This document shows, piece after piece, positions 1 to 12,130 of a stretch of DNA of 20,000 bases. The DNA comes from Veleropilina oligotropha (Eukaryota). Numbering within the stretch: position 1 is the stretch's first letter; each line of letters starts with the position of its first letter. Location of the stretch: contig JBEUKZ010000075.1 in assembly GCA_048128005.1 (NCBI GenBank), positions 181,115 through 201,114 of the forward strand, given 5' to 3'. The position numbers and the translations under genes were made by a program. The notes under the pieces are model-generated. The model was not told the DNA's origin. It saw only the letters and a list, made by a program, of their open reading frames with translations, and did not search any database.

Positions 1-619
1 AGTTAGTTTAAAAAAAGGGAGTACATTTACGGGCAATAGTCTCTTTAAAGTAAGAACGGTATTTTTGAAAGGTGCATCGTTTACACGCGTACAAATAAGT
101 TGTGTCGCTGTAATTATCACATCAAATGTAGAAACAAAAAACAAGCCAAAGAAAAACTTTTTTTTTCTAATAATAATGCCCACTATTTCAATGAAATAGC
201 CACTGAAATTACTTTTAATTACGTGTTTATGTACAATGAATCCGTTTCGTTGAAATTGTTATATGAACAGTTCCAAAAACAAGAATTTAGGTTTACGTTT
301 ATTGACCTTTTCGAATAAGAACTACACTTAATTTTTCTCTAGGCACCACCTTCATAAGTGACACCGAACGTTCAGTTGTCCGTCCTAGAACAATATCGAA
401 GGGATATAAATGTGACAGCTTCCTTAAATCTGCTCTAAAAATAATTTTCAGAAAACATCTGTACATTATATATTTAACAATAATACGTTAACTAGCAATA
501 ATTAATATGTTTTTAAATTCATTTTCCATTTTGTAACAAATAAATGAAATAATCTAAATAGTTATATATATGCAATGGGCAAAGATTGCTAAGAACAACG
601 TGTTAAAATGTGACATTAT

Positions 620-745
620 GTGCATCGATCCAAGCCAAACCAGCAAAAAGACATTATCGCCGGATGAAATCCTTGTCCCCAGGAAAAAGCCGTATGTTGC
701 CCAGTTATAGGCAACTGTGACTGTTAACTACACAAAACCCTTCTC
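620..745 (-). mobile_element. Degraded copy of the tRNA-derived SINE family
   Basis: attatcgccggatgaaat...ccagttataggcaactgtga aligns loosely with the minus-strand copies at 5178-5415 and 15903-16165; ends approximate. Confidence 0.4.
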
Positions 746-1049
746 GAATTTCTGTCTACATTAGCATTGGGCAGCAGATCCACAAAATGGGCAGAATTTG
801 TAATCTTCTGAAATAGATTTATTAAATTCAAGGCAGTGCATCGAAAATGTAGCTTATAGGTGGAAAGCACGTGTCTGAAGGCATGTTGGTTTTTGCTTGT
901 GACTCGCTTTTCGCTTCTCGCTGGTCACTGTTCACTTGCCACTGTTCGCTGTTCGCATGTCACAACCGGTGTTCCGTAACTACAAACAGTATATGTTATA
1001 GCATATGGACCACTATATATCTATTCATTTCAATTTCTCATATAAGCCA

Positions 1050-1290
1050 TAGCCGCACAGGTGACGTAATGGAAGATGAGTGGCTCTCAAGTCATTCGCA
1101 TGACTGCTGCGATTAACAGGAATGGGTTCGAATTCTCGGCCCGACATTATGTTACCTTTACAGTCACAGTTGTCGGTAGCTGTCAGTGATGACGAGTTTT
1201 CCCGGGTAACCAGGCTTTCCTCTCGTGATAATATGGACATATATCACGGTATGATCCTGAAGGGTGTTTACAGATTGAATATTATATGCA
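1050..1290 (+). mobile_element. Diverged copy of the tRNA-derived SINE family
   Basis: B-box GGTTCGAATTC near 1126, followed by the family body cacagttgtcggtagctg...ggctttcctctcgtgataatatggacat. Confidence 0.55.
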
Positions 1291-1589
1291 TCGATCCAAT
1301 TCAATGCAATATATACCATTCTTGTATATGTTGTGTGTAATACCTTAGTGGTGTACTATTGCATAATATATTCGAATGTGAGTTATTTGTTTGGTATAAT
1401 GAAAATACACATACAATTATAAATTATCGAATTATTTAAATGGGAGCGCAGACTCCAAAACATATAATCACAAAATATGGCCATCAAAGGGAATTGTCAA
1501 TGTCAATCAAATTTTATTCGTGTACATGTATTGAAAAAACCCCACAACACATTGATTGTAATGGCATTTGGAGAATGATTAGTCAGTAT

Positions 1590-1930
1590 TCCGGATGAAG
1601 CGTTCTTCTTTCTATGCAAAGAGAGATGACTGCAATGGATCCCCTCCCACTGTGGTATCATTGGCAACGACGAAGCTTACAAAATGGCAAAGTTGGTGCG
1701 AAAGATGAAAAACAAGCGAACAAAGTCACCACCACAGCTAAGAGATAAAGACTTTATCAAGTCACTCATTCATCAACATCAGGACGGATACATCCATCTG
1801 TCAAGAGCAGAGCAGGCGTATCTCTCCCGTCTGCGAACGCCTATTGACCTACAGGAGAAGTTGTATGGACCGGCTGAGGCCTTCTGGAAGACTAGAAATA
1901 AAAGTGTGATGCGAACCAAAACAAGAAGAC
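1590..1930 (+). mobile_element. 3' fragment of an RNase H-encoding LINE (I-group: Ingi/Nimb/I-like)
   Basis: From 1630 the frame reads LQWIPSHCGIIGNDEAYKMAK, the RNase H WIPSHxGIxGNExAD motif. It continues into SRAEQAYLSRLRT and DLQEKLYG, typical post-RNase H motifs of I-group ORF2. Degenerate. Confidence 0.7.
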
Positions 1931-2074
1931 AAAGAGTATTAATTACCCTTGATGACTGTTGCAAAACACCGAAACATGACTGATTAATCATTTATAAATT
2001 AATGCTTGAATCTGTGGTGTATCAATTCCAGGGAGTTCACCTTTTGGACAGCATGGTGTTGACTCTGAATACAT

Positions 2075-2210
2075 AATCCGCAGAGGGGAACTTTGTTCAT
2101 TTAACTGTCGGCGCTGGCCGTAGAGGACGGATTTTCAGGAGATCGGGCTTTCATCCAGAGATAATATTGACATGTTCTGGTATGATCCAGAAGGTTTTTA
2201 ACGGTCATCA
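2075..2210 (+). mobile_element. Degraded SINE body fragment
   Basis: gatcgggctttcatccagagataatattgacatgttctggtatgatccagaagg matches the body and 3' part of the copies at 1050 and 3540. Confidence 0.45.
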
Positions 2211-2321
2211 AAAATAAACAAAATCCTTGAAAATATTTATTTCTCTTTGATCAACCATATTATTACATTGCAGAAAAGGAAATTTGAAGAAATATATACA
2301 TACTGGATGATATTAACAATC

Positions 2322-2569
2322 TTATGCAATAGTTTTTATGACTTTGGAGGTGTCGAATGATTTTCTGGCTGCAGCATCTCGGCTACTCGTCTTACTTTGT
2401 TCAGGTTTTGATATCAAGATCGAGTGTCTTTTCAACAAACATCCATTGCATACCGATCTTCGCATTACGATCATGAGTAATGAAACCAAGAACAATGTGC
2501 TACAGATAAGCACTGCGCATGCTACACTGAACACAATTTGGTAGGACCCCGTACTGTCTCGAATGAACC
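2322..2569 (-). CDS. Terminal coding exon of an SLC16/monocarboxylate transporter-like gene
   Basis: Acceptor tttcag ending at 2570. A phase-1 join to the upstream exon gives GPLFG-FIRDSTGSYQIVFSVAC, the MCT GxLxDxTGxY motif before TM12. Stop TAA at 2322-2324. Confidence 0.8.
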
Positions 2570-3203
2570 CTGAAATAACAAGTAATCATTAATGTGAGCC
2601 AGTATACTTAAGTAAAATTTGTTTGGGATTAGAACATGCATTACTTGTGTACATATAAAAAAAATCCCATTGTAGTTGCCTTTTCATCTATAACGTGCTC
2701 TCCCTCATAATGAACAGATAGCTACAGTGTATGATGATTTTACTTTTCTCATAATTAATATGCACATTGTGAATTACATTTTCAGATTTTCTTATGTAGA
2801 CAACAAAAGTTAGTTTGACCTATCAATATATATACAGTATTATGTTCCTTGCTTTGTCACAGCTTCGATCTTCTATCGCCAGACGGCGCTTCCGTATACT
2901 AAAGTTGTTTAGATTGTGCGCTTTTAGCATAACGAAATCGTCATTTGGAAAAATAATGGCAAATATCAGTTACAAGCCATAAGTTGTGACGATTCATGGT
3001 CATCATGCAAAAGGGCTATTCGCAGACACCAACAAGTAATTTAACACTACCGCGGTCGCGTATAATCACCATTGTAGTTTATCACATGTATTTACATTTT
3101 ACCAACGTGTGTACTTTAACTGCAGGTAAATCGGTAACATTACATGATTGTATTATTATGGATAACAATGTTAATAATATATATGGACTTCATATTGAAA
3201 ATA

Positions 3204-3533
3204 GACCGCCCCTGTAGTCATGTGGTATCGAGTGCAGATTCAAAAATCGTTGGTTATCGATATGTGACACAACATATGACTTGCAGTCTCGATGTATCAA
3301 TCAAATTGTATTTATAAATGTGTACTGTCTAGCCAAAGGCCTATATAAACTTACTTGCTAACTAGTGGGTTCGAATCTCGGTTGGAGAATGACATTCTTT
3401 GTTCCATTATCAACCGCAGTTGTCCGAAACTGGTCGGAGAGAACGGGTTTTCCAGACTGGGCTTTCCTCTCGCGATATTATGGACATACCCTTCCTGGAA
3501 CATGATGGTTGTAAATAAACAGAACATTAACAT
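3204..3533 (+). mobile_element. tRNA-derived SINE copy with its head split by about 100 bp of unrelated sequence
   Basis: Head gaccgcccctgtagtcatgtggtatcgagtgc resembles the head of the 15903-16165 copy; B-box GGTTCGAATCTC near 3368; family body follows. Confidence 0.6.
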
Positions 3534-3539
3534 ATTGAG

Positions 3540-3740
3540 AACAGTAGTGGGTTCAAACCTCGGCTGGGGCAGCACACATTTGTTCAAGTTATGCATCACA
3601 GTTGTCCGTAACTGGTCGGAGAGGGCGGGTTTCCCCGGACGATCGGGCTTTTCTCTCGCGATAATACGGACATGTTCTGCTTTGAACCAAATGATGGTTG
3701 GAAATATACAGGACATTAAGCATCGATCCTTTCCTTTTCC
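3540..3740 (+). mobile_element. 5'-truncated tRNA-derived SINE copy
   Basis: About 90% identical by manual alignment to the reverse complement of 5178-5376; B-box-like GGTTCAAACC and a (TCCTT)n-type tail. Confidence 0.75.
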
Positions 3741-3758
3741 ATCATATTGACAACTTAC

Positions 3759-4547
3759 CGAATAAGGGTCCTCCTGTTATGTTGGCAATCCCCAACGCTG
3801 TCAATATTATTCCCAGAGCACGGGGGTACACTTCCTTGGAAGATAAGCAGAGGGTGGTTATTGGAAAACTTCCGATTGCGCCTCCCAAGAAGAAGCCAAC
3901 AACAGCGACAGATATATACAGCAGTGCCCCCTCTTGCACAAACACAAGCGATATTTGAAATAAACCAAACAATAAATATACGAGAATAACAATCAGCAAA
4001 GTACAGTGCTTTGCATTTTGGACGATGGCACCTATTGTGAATCTTCCAGCAATATTGCCAATTGACAACGTGGTCAACAATAAAACTGCGCTCGTCTGTT
4101 CCAACCCCTTGCTTACTCCATAGTCCACCAAAAACACCATAGGCACTACTGACGCTGTTCCATAAAACAGAATAAAAACAAAATACGAGGCATATTTTCC
4201 ATCAATTGCAAACCTGTAATTTTCTATTATGCTTTTCGCTGTTGTCTTGTTAGGAGTGATATTTGATTCTTGCATTGATGCGGCTGCACTATAATTCTTG
4301 GAATTTGTCCGTGACTTCCCAGCCATTAGAAGACCTGCTGGAACTGTATGCATAGCGAGACTCGCCAGTAGCAGCAGGCAACCTCTCCACCCATATTCGG
4401 TGTTAAAATATAGCTGAAGTTGCTGAAGGACCACCACGCCAAAACCGCTGGCAGCAGATCCGCAAGCTAACGCCAGGGGGCGACTCTTGTCAAAACTATT
4501 CACCAATGATACAAATCCACCAATTTCCAAAAGACTACAGCCCAATC
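3759..4547 (-). CDS. Large internal exon (789 nt) of an SLC16/monocarboxylate transporter-like MFS gene
   Basis: Open frame with MCT motifs FDKSRPLALACGSAASGFG, EYGWRGCLLLL and GNIAGRFTIG, and several TM helices. Acceptor ttgtag ending at 4548; donor gtaagt starting at 3758. Confidence 0.9.
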
Positions 4548-4738
4548 CTACAACACAAAACACGGATACTGGTGAAACTACGAAAGCCTGGTAGGGACTT
4601 CCGATTTCTAACTACTACCTTTTAATGTAAGCTAAACATAACATGCTTGTGCGTGCATGTGCGTGCGTGAGTGAGTGCTAATTTTAATTAAAGTTTCTGG
4701 TAACGATGCCAAAAAGTCTGGTATTACATACAAATGGC

Positions 4739-4930
4739 ATTACATACAAATGCATTGCAAGCATCGCCCCTCAATACGTCTGCAACCTTATAACGTCCTA
4801 CAACCCTAACCGAACCCTTCAAACAAGCATACATCTGTTGATCTTTTTATGAGCTATATTCCTCCTGCGTTTAGGGCATGTTTTACATGGAATACAGCAC
4901 ATAATAAATTGACTATTATGATTATTATTG
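4739..4930 (+). mobile_element. L2/CR1-group LINE 3' fragment
   Basis: Translates ITYKCIASIAPQYVCNLITSYNPNRTLQTS, like the L2 C-terminal TYKxLxxxAPxYLxxLxxxYxPxRxLRS, followed by a degenerate 3' tail ending in (ATT)n. Confidence 0.55.
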
Positions 4931-5177
4931 GAGGTATAAGAGTATGATATCCATGATACTATATATGATACCCAATGCCAAGGTGGTTAAAGTGCGTTCG
5001 CTTCTTTCGATTAATGCCGATAGTTGTGAAATTGTGATTCGATATTGAAAGCCAATATGGCTGGGTATCCAGCATAAAATGTCATTTTCTCGGACAGATT
5101 ATTGTATTTGAACAATAAAATTTAATGTTGTGTCAATACGTTTCCTTTCGTCCTCCTCAATGCTTGAAAGCTAGAGA

Positions 5178-5415
5178 GAAAGGAAAGGATAGATGCTTAA
5201 TGTCCTGTATATTTCCAACCATCATTTGATTCAAACCAGGACATGTCCGTATTATCGCGGGAGGAAAGCCCGGTCGCCCGGGAAAACCCGCCCTCTTCGA
5301 CCAGTCACGGACAACTGTGCTTCATAACTTGAACAAATGTGTGATGCCTCAGCCAGGGGTCGAACCCACTACTGTTCGCGTCAGCGGAAACAAGTCAGTG
5401 ATTTTCGGAATCTAG
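5178..5415 (-). mobile_element. tRNA-derived SINE copy, inverted relative to 3540-3740
   Basis: Reverse complement carries B-box GGTTCGACCCC, the family body and a TCCTTTCCTTT tail. Confidence 0.75.
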
Positions 5416-5526
5416 AGCTAGAGAGATAATCTGAATAAATGATAACAAGATTTTTAAAACCGTTCCATCTTACCTTGAAGTTCTAGCTTATGGAACGCAA
5501 TGGCTGCCTTATGTTAAGATAATTAA

Positions 5527-6062
5527 TTATATGCGGTAGATGCGTCATTATACGCAGTGGTTTTGTCATTATATGCAGTGGTTATGCCATTATATGCAGT
5601 GGTTATGTCATTATATGCAGTGCTTATGTCATTATATGCAGAAGAAACGTCACTATAAGCGGTACCTATGCCATTATATGCGGTAGATACGCCATTATAC
5701 GCGGTGGTTTTGTCATTATATACAGTATAAACGTCATTATATGCAGTGGTTATGCCACTATATGCAGTATTTATGTCATTATATGCTGTACCTATGCCAT
5801 TATATGCGGTAGATACGCCATTATACGGGGCGGTTTTGTCATTATATACAGTAGAAAGGTCATCTTATGCAGTGGTTATGTCATTATATGCAGTGGTTAT
5901 GTCATTATATGCAGTGGTTATGCCATTATATGCAGTAGTTATGTCATTATATGCGGTAGATTCACCATTATACGCGGTAGATACGCCATTATACGCGGTG
6001 GTTTTGTTATTATATGCAGTCGTTTTGTCATTATATGCAGTGGTTATGTCTCTATGTGCAGT
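5527..6062. repeat. 21-bp minisatellite, about 25 units, consensus near TTATATGCAGTGGTTATGTCA
   Basis: Tandem periodicity seen directly; it accounts for the repetitive LYAVVMS and TTAYNDI ORFs. Confidence 0.95.
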
Positions 6063-6074
6063 ATGCACACTTAC

Positions 6075-6110
6075 CAATAATCATGGATAAATACAGACAT
6101 GAAATATAAG
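6075..6110 (-). pseudogene. Duplicated 3' end of the upstream SLC16 exon (copy 1)
   Basis: Reads [13 protein letters not shown] then gtaagtg. The phase-1 donor fits the next exon (IIG-LGCSL; MCT LYLxxGVIxGLG). Cut off by (TA)n. Confidence 0.6.
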
Positions 6111-6408
<298 letters not shown>

Positions 6409-6825
6409 CATTAGATGTGCAATACTGCTTATGTGTCCCATCTGTCCTTTGTGTCCGTCTCTTGTGTTTTTCTCTGTTTATTGAGTCAAGTCATTATCTA
6501 TTTTCATTAATATTACTACTTGTGTATTTAGGGTGACACTACCTGTAAACAGTCTTTTCTGACTCAAGTGTTATCCTTCCTTTCATTATTAATTTTGTTC
6601 TCAACACAATTATAATATGTAAATGATGTTGAAAGGTAAATAAATATCTAAATAAATATCTGTCTATAAAGGGCGTGCTCCATTGACCTGTTCCGAGTAC
6701 TCCAGTTACTCGGAACATGTGCGGGATCAATGAAGTGTCTGAGAATAGTGTTCTAGGACTGTTTTTGTTATTATATGCAGTGGTTATGCCATTATATGCA
6801 GTAGTTATGCAGTATGCACACTTAC

Positions 6826-6856
6826 CAATAATCATGGATACATACAGACATGAAAT
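6826..6856 (-). pseudogene. 3' end of the upstream SLC16 exon (copy 2), truncated by the DIRS terminus
   Basis: Reads ISCLYVSMIIG then gtaagtg, and overlaps the DIRS terminal TTT at 6853-6855. Confidence 0.6.
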
Positions 6857-7255
6857 AAGAGGTTTTTAAGTAAACCTAGTATTAATAAAAATATACTTAC
6901 GTCCTTACTAATGCCATAATATGCCTATTATCGCTAAACCGGACACTGTGAAAAATGGCAAATTTTGCACTTTATGGATAAAATTACCTCCCTTTCCTCC
7001 CCTCTCCAGCAGTTCACACCAGGAGAGCACATCTCCAGAAGAATACTCCAATAGAATGCGACCCTTATGATCATTCAAGTGTTGGAGCGAAGCCACAGCT
7101 ATATAAGAACTTAGAGAAGAGGGGAGAAAATGCGTGTGCAACGCATGGGAGGGCAAAACGAGTAAGGACGTAAGTATATTTTTATTAATACTAGGTTTAC
7201 TTAAAAACCTCTTATTAATAGCAAATATACTTACGTCCTTATTAATGCCAGAATA
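6853..7255 (-). mobile_element. 3' end of a DIRS1-type retrotransposon (ICR, right ITR and extension)
   Basis: Perfect 56-bp inverted repeat at 6854-6909 and 7161-7216, with an adjacent partial third copy at about 7224-7255 forming a bipartite ICR. Also a TACTTACG core, GCCCTCCC just after the ICR and a terminal TTT, matching DIRS1 3'-end architecture. Confidence 0.75.
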
Positions 7256-7987
7256 ACCTTGGATAGACGGGCTAAGTTCTAGTGTAAACAGCAACATAAT
7301 CAAGATTATGTACTCACTGTCATCCGGAATCAGCCGTAGAGTTGATTCGATTGATCCGCCCAGAGAAGAAATTTCTGAGTATTTATTCTACTCTTACCAC
7401 GAGTGTGAAATTTTTACCAGGAATCCTGGGTTTGGCTCGCTCGTGAGGCTTGGTGGATCAGGATGGCGGAAGTGCAATTAACCCCCGGTCTGGACGTATG
7501 TTACACACCGGACTCACAGACCTAGGGTATGCGTGGCCTTACTGAAAAATATACCAGGCCCATATGGCCGATAACCAGGACACAGTCTGTTTGATGAGTA
7601 TTCTGAAATAATTTGCAGAGAATTAAAATCAAACTCAGAAGGTATCAACCAATAGAATTAATATATAATATATATATATATATAATAATCGATTAATACA
7701 TCCATTCCATGACCAACCAGCGAAATGCTAACATGAAACCATGTTACTTAAAGAAATTTAAAAAATTCTGAATATTAAAGATTTTTCAATGTCCCTTAGG
7801 TGACACCGTATGTTCATAACAGCAATTATAGGAACATATTTAATACTCAAAAGGTAAAAACATTTTAAGGATTCTTGCAATATAAATGTTATATCCAATA
7901 CAGATGGCACAGTCAAATAACTCAGGCATGACTACAAATCGATTTCTTAAATAATTAAGAAAGAAATGAACACTGGATTACCACTTA

Positions 7988-8470
7988 TAGTCTCAGCAAC
8001 GAACGGATCCTAGTCACTTGAGGTTGGACAAAAATGTTATCAAAGCAATTTTTCTGGAATACGTTCATTGATGGTATATTATAACAGAAAAAAAACCCCA
8101 CCCGAATCCGCCCATGGCAAACCCGGAAATTAACTCAATTTCAAAATGGCGGCCATAAAATTTAAAAAATGCGAAAAATATCCAATTGGGTATAAAATCG
8201 GAACTAAATTACATATAACCACATTTAAACTATCGTTTCCAACTAACTTCAGCATGCCCTGTCATTTGGTGACACTTTCAAGGTCGCTAGAAGTCAATAT
8301 TTGCCATTAAGGCCAATATATAGGTAAAAAATGATCAAAAATAACTGAAATATGACCACTTTCACATATTTAGTCACTCCATTCACCTTTATGCATATTT
8401 GAGAAATGGTGTTCAACCATGATTATGATGTTCAATTGTTGCATGACATATTTCATTCCATTTGGGTCAC
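7988..8470 (+). repeat. Left long TIR of Academ
   Basis: Aligns to the reverse complement of 12131-12606; most similar in the outer ~170 bp. Confidence 0.9.
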
Positions 8471-11400
8471 ACTTGAGGATATCCGGAACATTGGACAGCA
8501 TACAATCATATTCCAGAAAAACCCAAAGGCAGTCCTTTCGAAAGTGAAGTACACCAATATACAGTCTTATCTTCCGGACATGCAGAACGCCAAACTGGAC
8601 TTGATGTGGCAAATATCAATGCATGTGTCGCAGCCTCAGCCTTTATTTTCCGGATACATGCAATCAATACACAGTGGATTTCCTAACCCAGGAAGAAGCA
8701 CTCAACTGTTCCTTCCAATGATCGATCTTACACATAGTAGCCCAACTTGTGTCCGCACAACTCTCGAATACCTATGCAATATAGCTGAAAAGCAAGGTGT
8801 CACACCAATCATCACATTCGACCAGCAACTTTTCTGGATTACACTCATGGTCATCGAAGATCAACCTTCGGAAAGTCGTCTTCGAAACATAGTACTACTC
8901 GATCCTGGGTGGGTTTCACACAGAGATGAGCCTACTTGGAGCGATTGGCTCAATCATGGCTGGTTCCGGCTTGAAGGAGATGTTAGAGCAAGTCTACGCT
9001 GCAGGATCTATTGACCAGATGTTAAGTGGTAAAGCAGTCGCCAGAGCAGTTCGTGGCCATTTCCTCATCGACAGAGCCCTTAACATCATATCTACATCTG
9101 CAGCCCTCCAACTCCCCCTACCAGATCTGACAGGTTTGTTAATTATTTCTTTTTAAAATCTATATATAAGTCTGTCACATAGCCAACTTTATAGTCCACT
9201 AAATTATACATGTATGCAATGATTAACACACAATACATGTTCAATCTCAAAATGTTGTGTACAAAAAGTATAATTTGAAATTATATGTTTTATTCAGATT
9301 CTTCTTTGAAATCATCAACTACGGATTCACCACAGATAGCACTTGCAACCACTGATGACACAATTGCATTGTAATGAACCTCAGATCCTCTTTACACCTC
9401 CAAATTGGGAACATCACTGTCAATGTCAGAACTACCGACATCCCAGTTGACCTCTGATCCACCAAGACCTTCGTCGTCGACCACGCATCTACTGGAGACC
9501 ACACGCGCATCCATTGATCAACCACGATTGATGCGATTGAGTTCCACTGAGCTGCCTGTGACCCATCCTCAAACACCTAGTAAGTTATATATCAGTAAGG
9601 TTATATAGGATTCACTTACGTGTGTACTTGATGATACTAAACACTGATAGTGTGACACCAGCATTTACCGAAATATTTCCAGAATGTATTTCAAACTCCT
9701 TCTTTATTCAGGTGAAGACCTACTGTCGGGTTTATCTGATCTGACGACAGCTGTTCGGGATGGCGATTTGACCATTGATGAAGCACTCGACAGCAGCACT
9801 CTCAACGACATACAAGTTGCGATTGATGATTGGCGTGTGTCGATGAGAAACTATGGCACTGCCAAGCTGTGGATACAGTATCAGAGAATGGTTGAAATAT
9901 TGAGGTCCTTGATTCGCTCAGCACGTGTAGGAAGCTGGGCTGTATATATACAGTCTCTGTGTGATATGCATGCTTACATTGCAGCTGCTGGACATAATAA
10001 CTACACCAAATCCCTTGCCCTCTTCATTCCGAAGATGCTTGACCTAGAGCACTCTCACCCCGAGGTACATGCTGCTTTCAAGAATGGTCTCTTCCCTGTC
10101 AGGAGAACAGATGGTGTATGGTCAGGCATTTTCACAGATCTCTTCATAGAGCAAGTTCTGATGGCTGGGATAAAGAAAACTGGTGGTTTAACGCATGGTC
10201 GTGGCTTCGATGAAAGTACTCGTCTACTGTTCCTGCTCTCCAGACCTATATGTGGTGAGATCACTCAGTCAATATTCGAGATAGCTGGATCCTCCCAAAG
10301 CACAGGAGATGGACATCGTGACTTGTCGGCTTCACGCATCAAACGTGACATGTCTGATACTCAGAAGATACTTCAGGTGCTGATTGAGCATGAACCTTTC
10401 AGGAGAACATCCAGCAAACTTGTGAGCCTGTCCACAGGGTTAATTGCGGATGATTCAGTCAACGCAGATAAAACCAAGCAGGTCGGAGAAAAAATACTGA
10501 CTTCGATGGTCGGCCTTTCTGTAGCAGAATACAAGTTCGCCCAAAAGAGTCAAGTGAAGACTTTGGCATCAACTCTACATGTCAAGTCAGCTTCTGATGA
10601 ACGAATCTAAATGGATCCAAAGCGTTTGTAACACCGCTTGCTAGTCACTGGTATTGGTGACATACCTCTTCCGGATCTTCTAAAATATTAACTATGCTCC
10701 ATTCCTACTGCACTATTCGATAGCCATATGCTCATGAGAACCGGAGACAAGGCGGAGCTAATCCACCATCTTCTGAAGCTGGATCCTATGTGCATCGTCT
10801 CTTCTATAACCGACACGGACCTGCAGTTCGTTGTTGACGGGGGAGGTTTGCTTCACAAGTTTTCATGGCCGATGCACTCCAGTTATGCCGAGATATGTAT
10901 GATGTACATCCGTTATATCCGCAGTGCCTATGGAAAAGCATTGGTTGTATTTGATGGGTATCATGGTGCAACAACCAAGGATGAAGCACATCGTCGTAGG
11001 ACAGTGACTGACGTTGGTGCCTCAGTATCAGTGTCTTAGGACATGCGTCTGACAATGAAAAAGGGCTTTCCTAACGAATGAATCAAACAAACAGTCACTC
11101 ATCAATGTCCTTGCTGTGGAGATGGTCAAGGCTGACATCATCGTGGAGCATGCAGTAGGAGATGCTGATTACAAAATATGCATATTGGCATGTAGTTCAG
11201 CAAGTAGAAAGCCAACCGCTGTTGTGGCAGAATAGTCTGATGTATTTCAGCTGCTTACACACCATGCAAATGTCACAGATCACAGTAAGAACATGTACAT
11301 GGTCACAGCTAAACAAACCATATGCATCACTGACATCACTAAAAAAGACACTAGATCCTACTCTAACAAAGGCGCTTCTGTTCCTCCATGCCATCAGTGG

Positions 11401-11983
11401 ATGTGATACAACATCGCGACCCCACGGAAATGGGAAAATGACTGTGTTCAAAAAGTACGAAGCACTCGCACAGTGTGCATCTACATTCATGCTTCCAGCT
11501 GCAACTAAGGATGCTATCAACAAAGCAGGTGAAGAGGCCTTGCTGGTGATATACGGCTGCACAACATCACCAAACCTCAGCGCAGCACGGGTTGCAAAGT
11601 TCCAGCGGAAGGTTGCCACCGCTGCTGGATTTGTAGCTCCTGAGAACCTACCACCAACACAGGATGCAGCCAAATTTCACAGCTATCGCACCTATCATCA
11701 GGTTCAAGAATGGTGTGGGAACACACTCGCCTCTGAAGAATGGGGATGGGCAGTATCAGTGAATGGTCTTGTGCCTATAAAGATGACCCAGTCAGCAGTG
11801 CCAGAGTAGCTTCTGAAAATCGTCAGATGCAATTGCAGTGCCAACTGTGAGAAGAAAAAGTGTACATGTCGCAAAAATGGCCTGTAGTGTACACCTGCAC
11901 GCGGCCAGTGTAAAGGCATCACTTGTTCCAACGGAGCGCCTGTCGACAATGAGGATGACATTGATGTTGATGATGATGACTAA
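8471..11983 (+). pseudogene. Academ transposase pseudogene with two phase-1 introns (9134-9297, 9580-9711)
   Basis: Transposase motifs TFDQQL, LGGFH (after a frameshift near 8900), AAGHNNY and DLFIEQ; XPG/PIN-like VVDGG, VVFDGY and FLHAISGCDTTS; C-terminal RCNC..C...CTCRKNGL.C cluster. Stops at 10608, 11037, 11807 and elsewhere; N-terminus missing. Confidence 0.85.
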
Positions 11984-12130
11984 TTCATCGATACAACAGT
12001 TGTTAAACCTTTCAAATAGTTTACGAACAATAAAATTGGTTCAAAACAAAACATGTTTTGGTTCATTTATTTCCCAAGATTTTGAAATCAGGATCAGTTT
12101 TGGATAATTATGGTATTGAACCTATTATCG

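Noticed and set aside
3351..3750. 121-aa and 131-aa ORFs
   Set aside because: They lie on tandem SINE copies within an intron.
4970..5045. Possible tRNA or SINE head (ccaaggtggttaaagtgcg...gtgattcga)
   Set aside because: Only weak A/B-box resemblance, no cloverleaf and no family body.
5746..6090. Repetitive ORFs on both strands (LYAVVMS / TTAYNDI)
   Set aside because: Artefact of a 21-bp intronic minisatellite whose unit is a multiple of 3; not CRISPR-like because there are no unique spacers.
6854..7216. Stand-alone MITE with 56-bp TIRs
   Set aside because: No TSD, and the adjacent third partial copy, GCCCTCCC motif and terminal TTT fit a DIRS ICR/ITR end better; not fully excluded.
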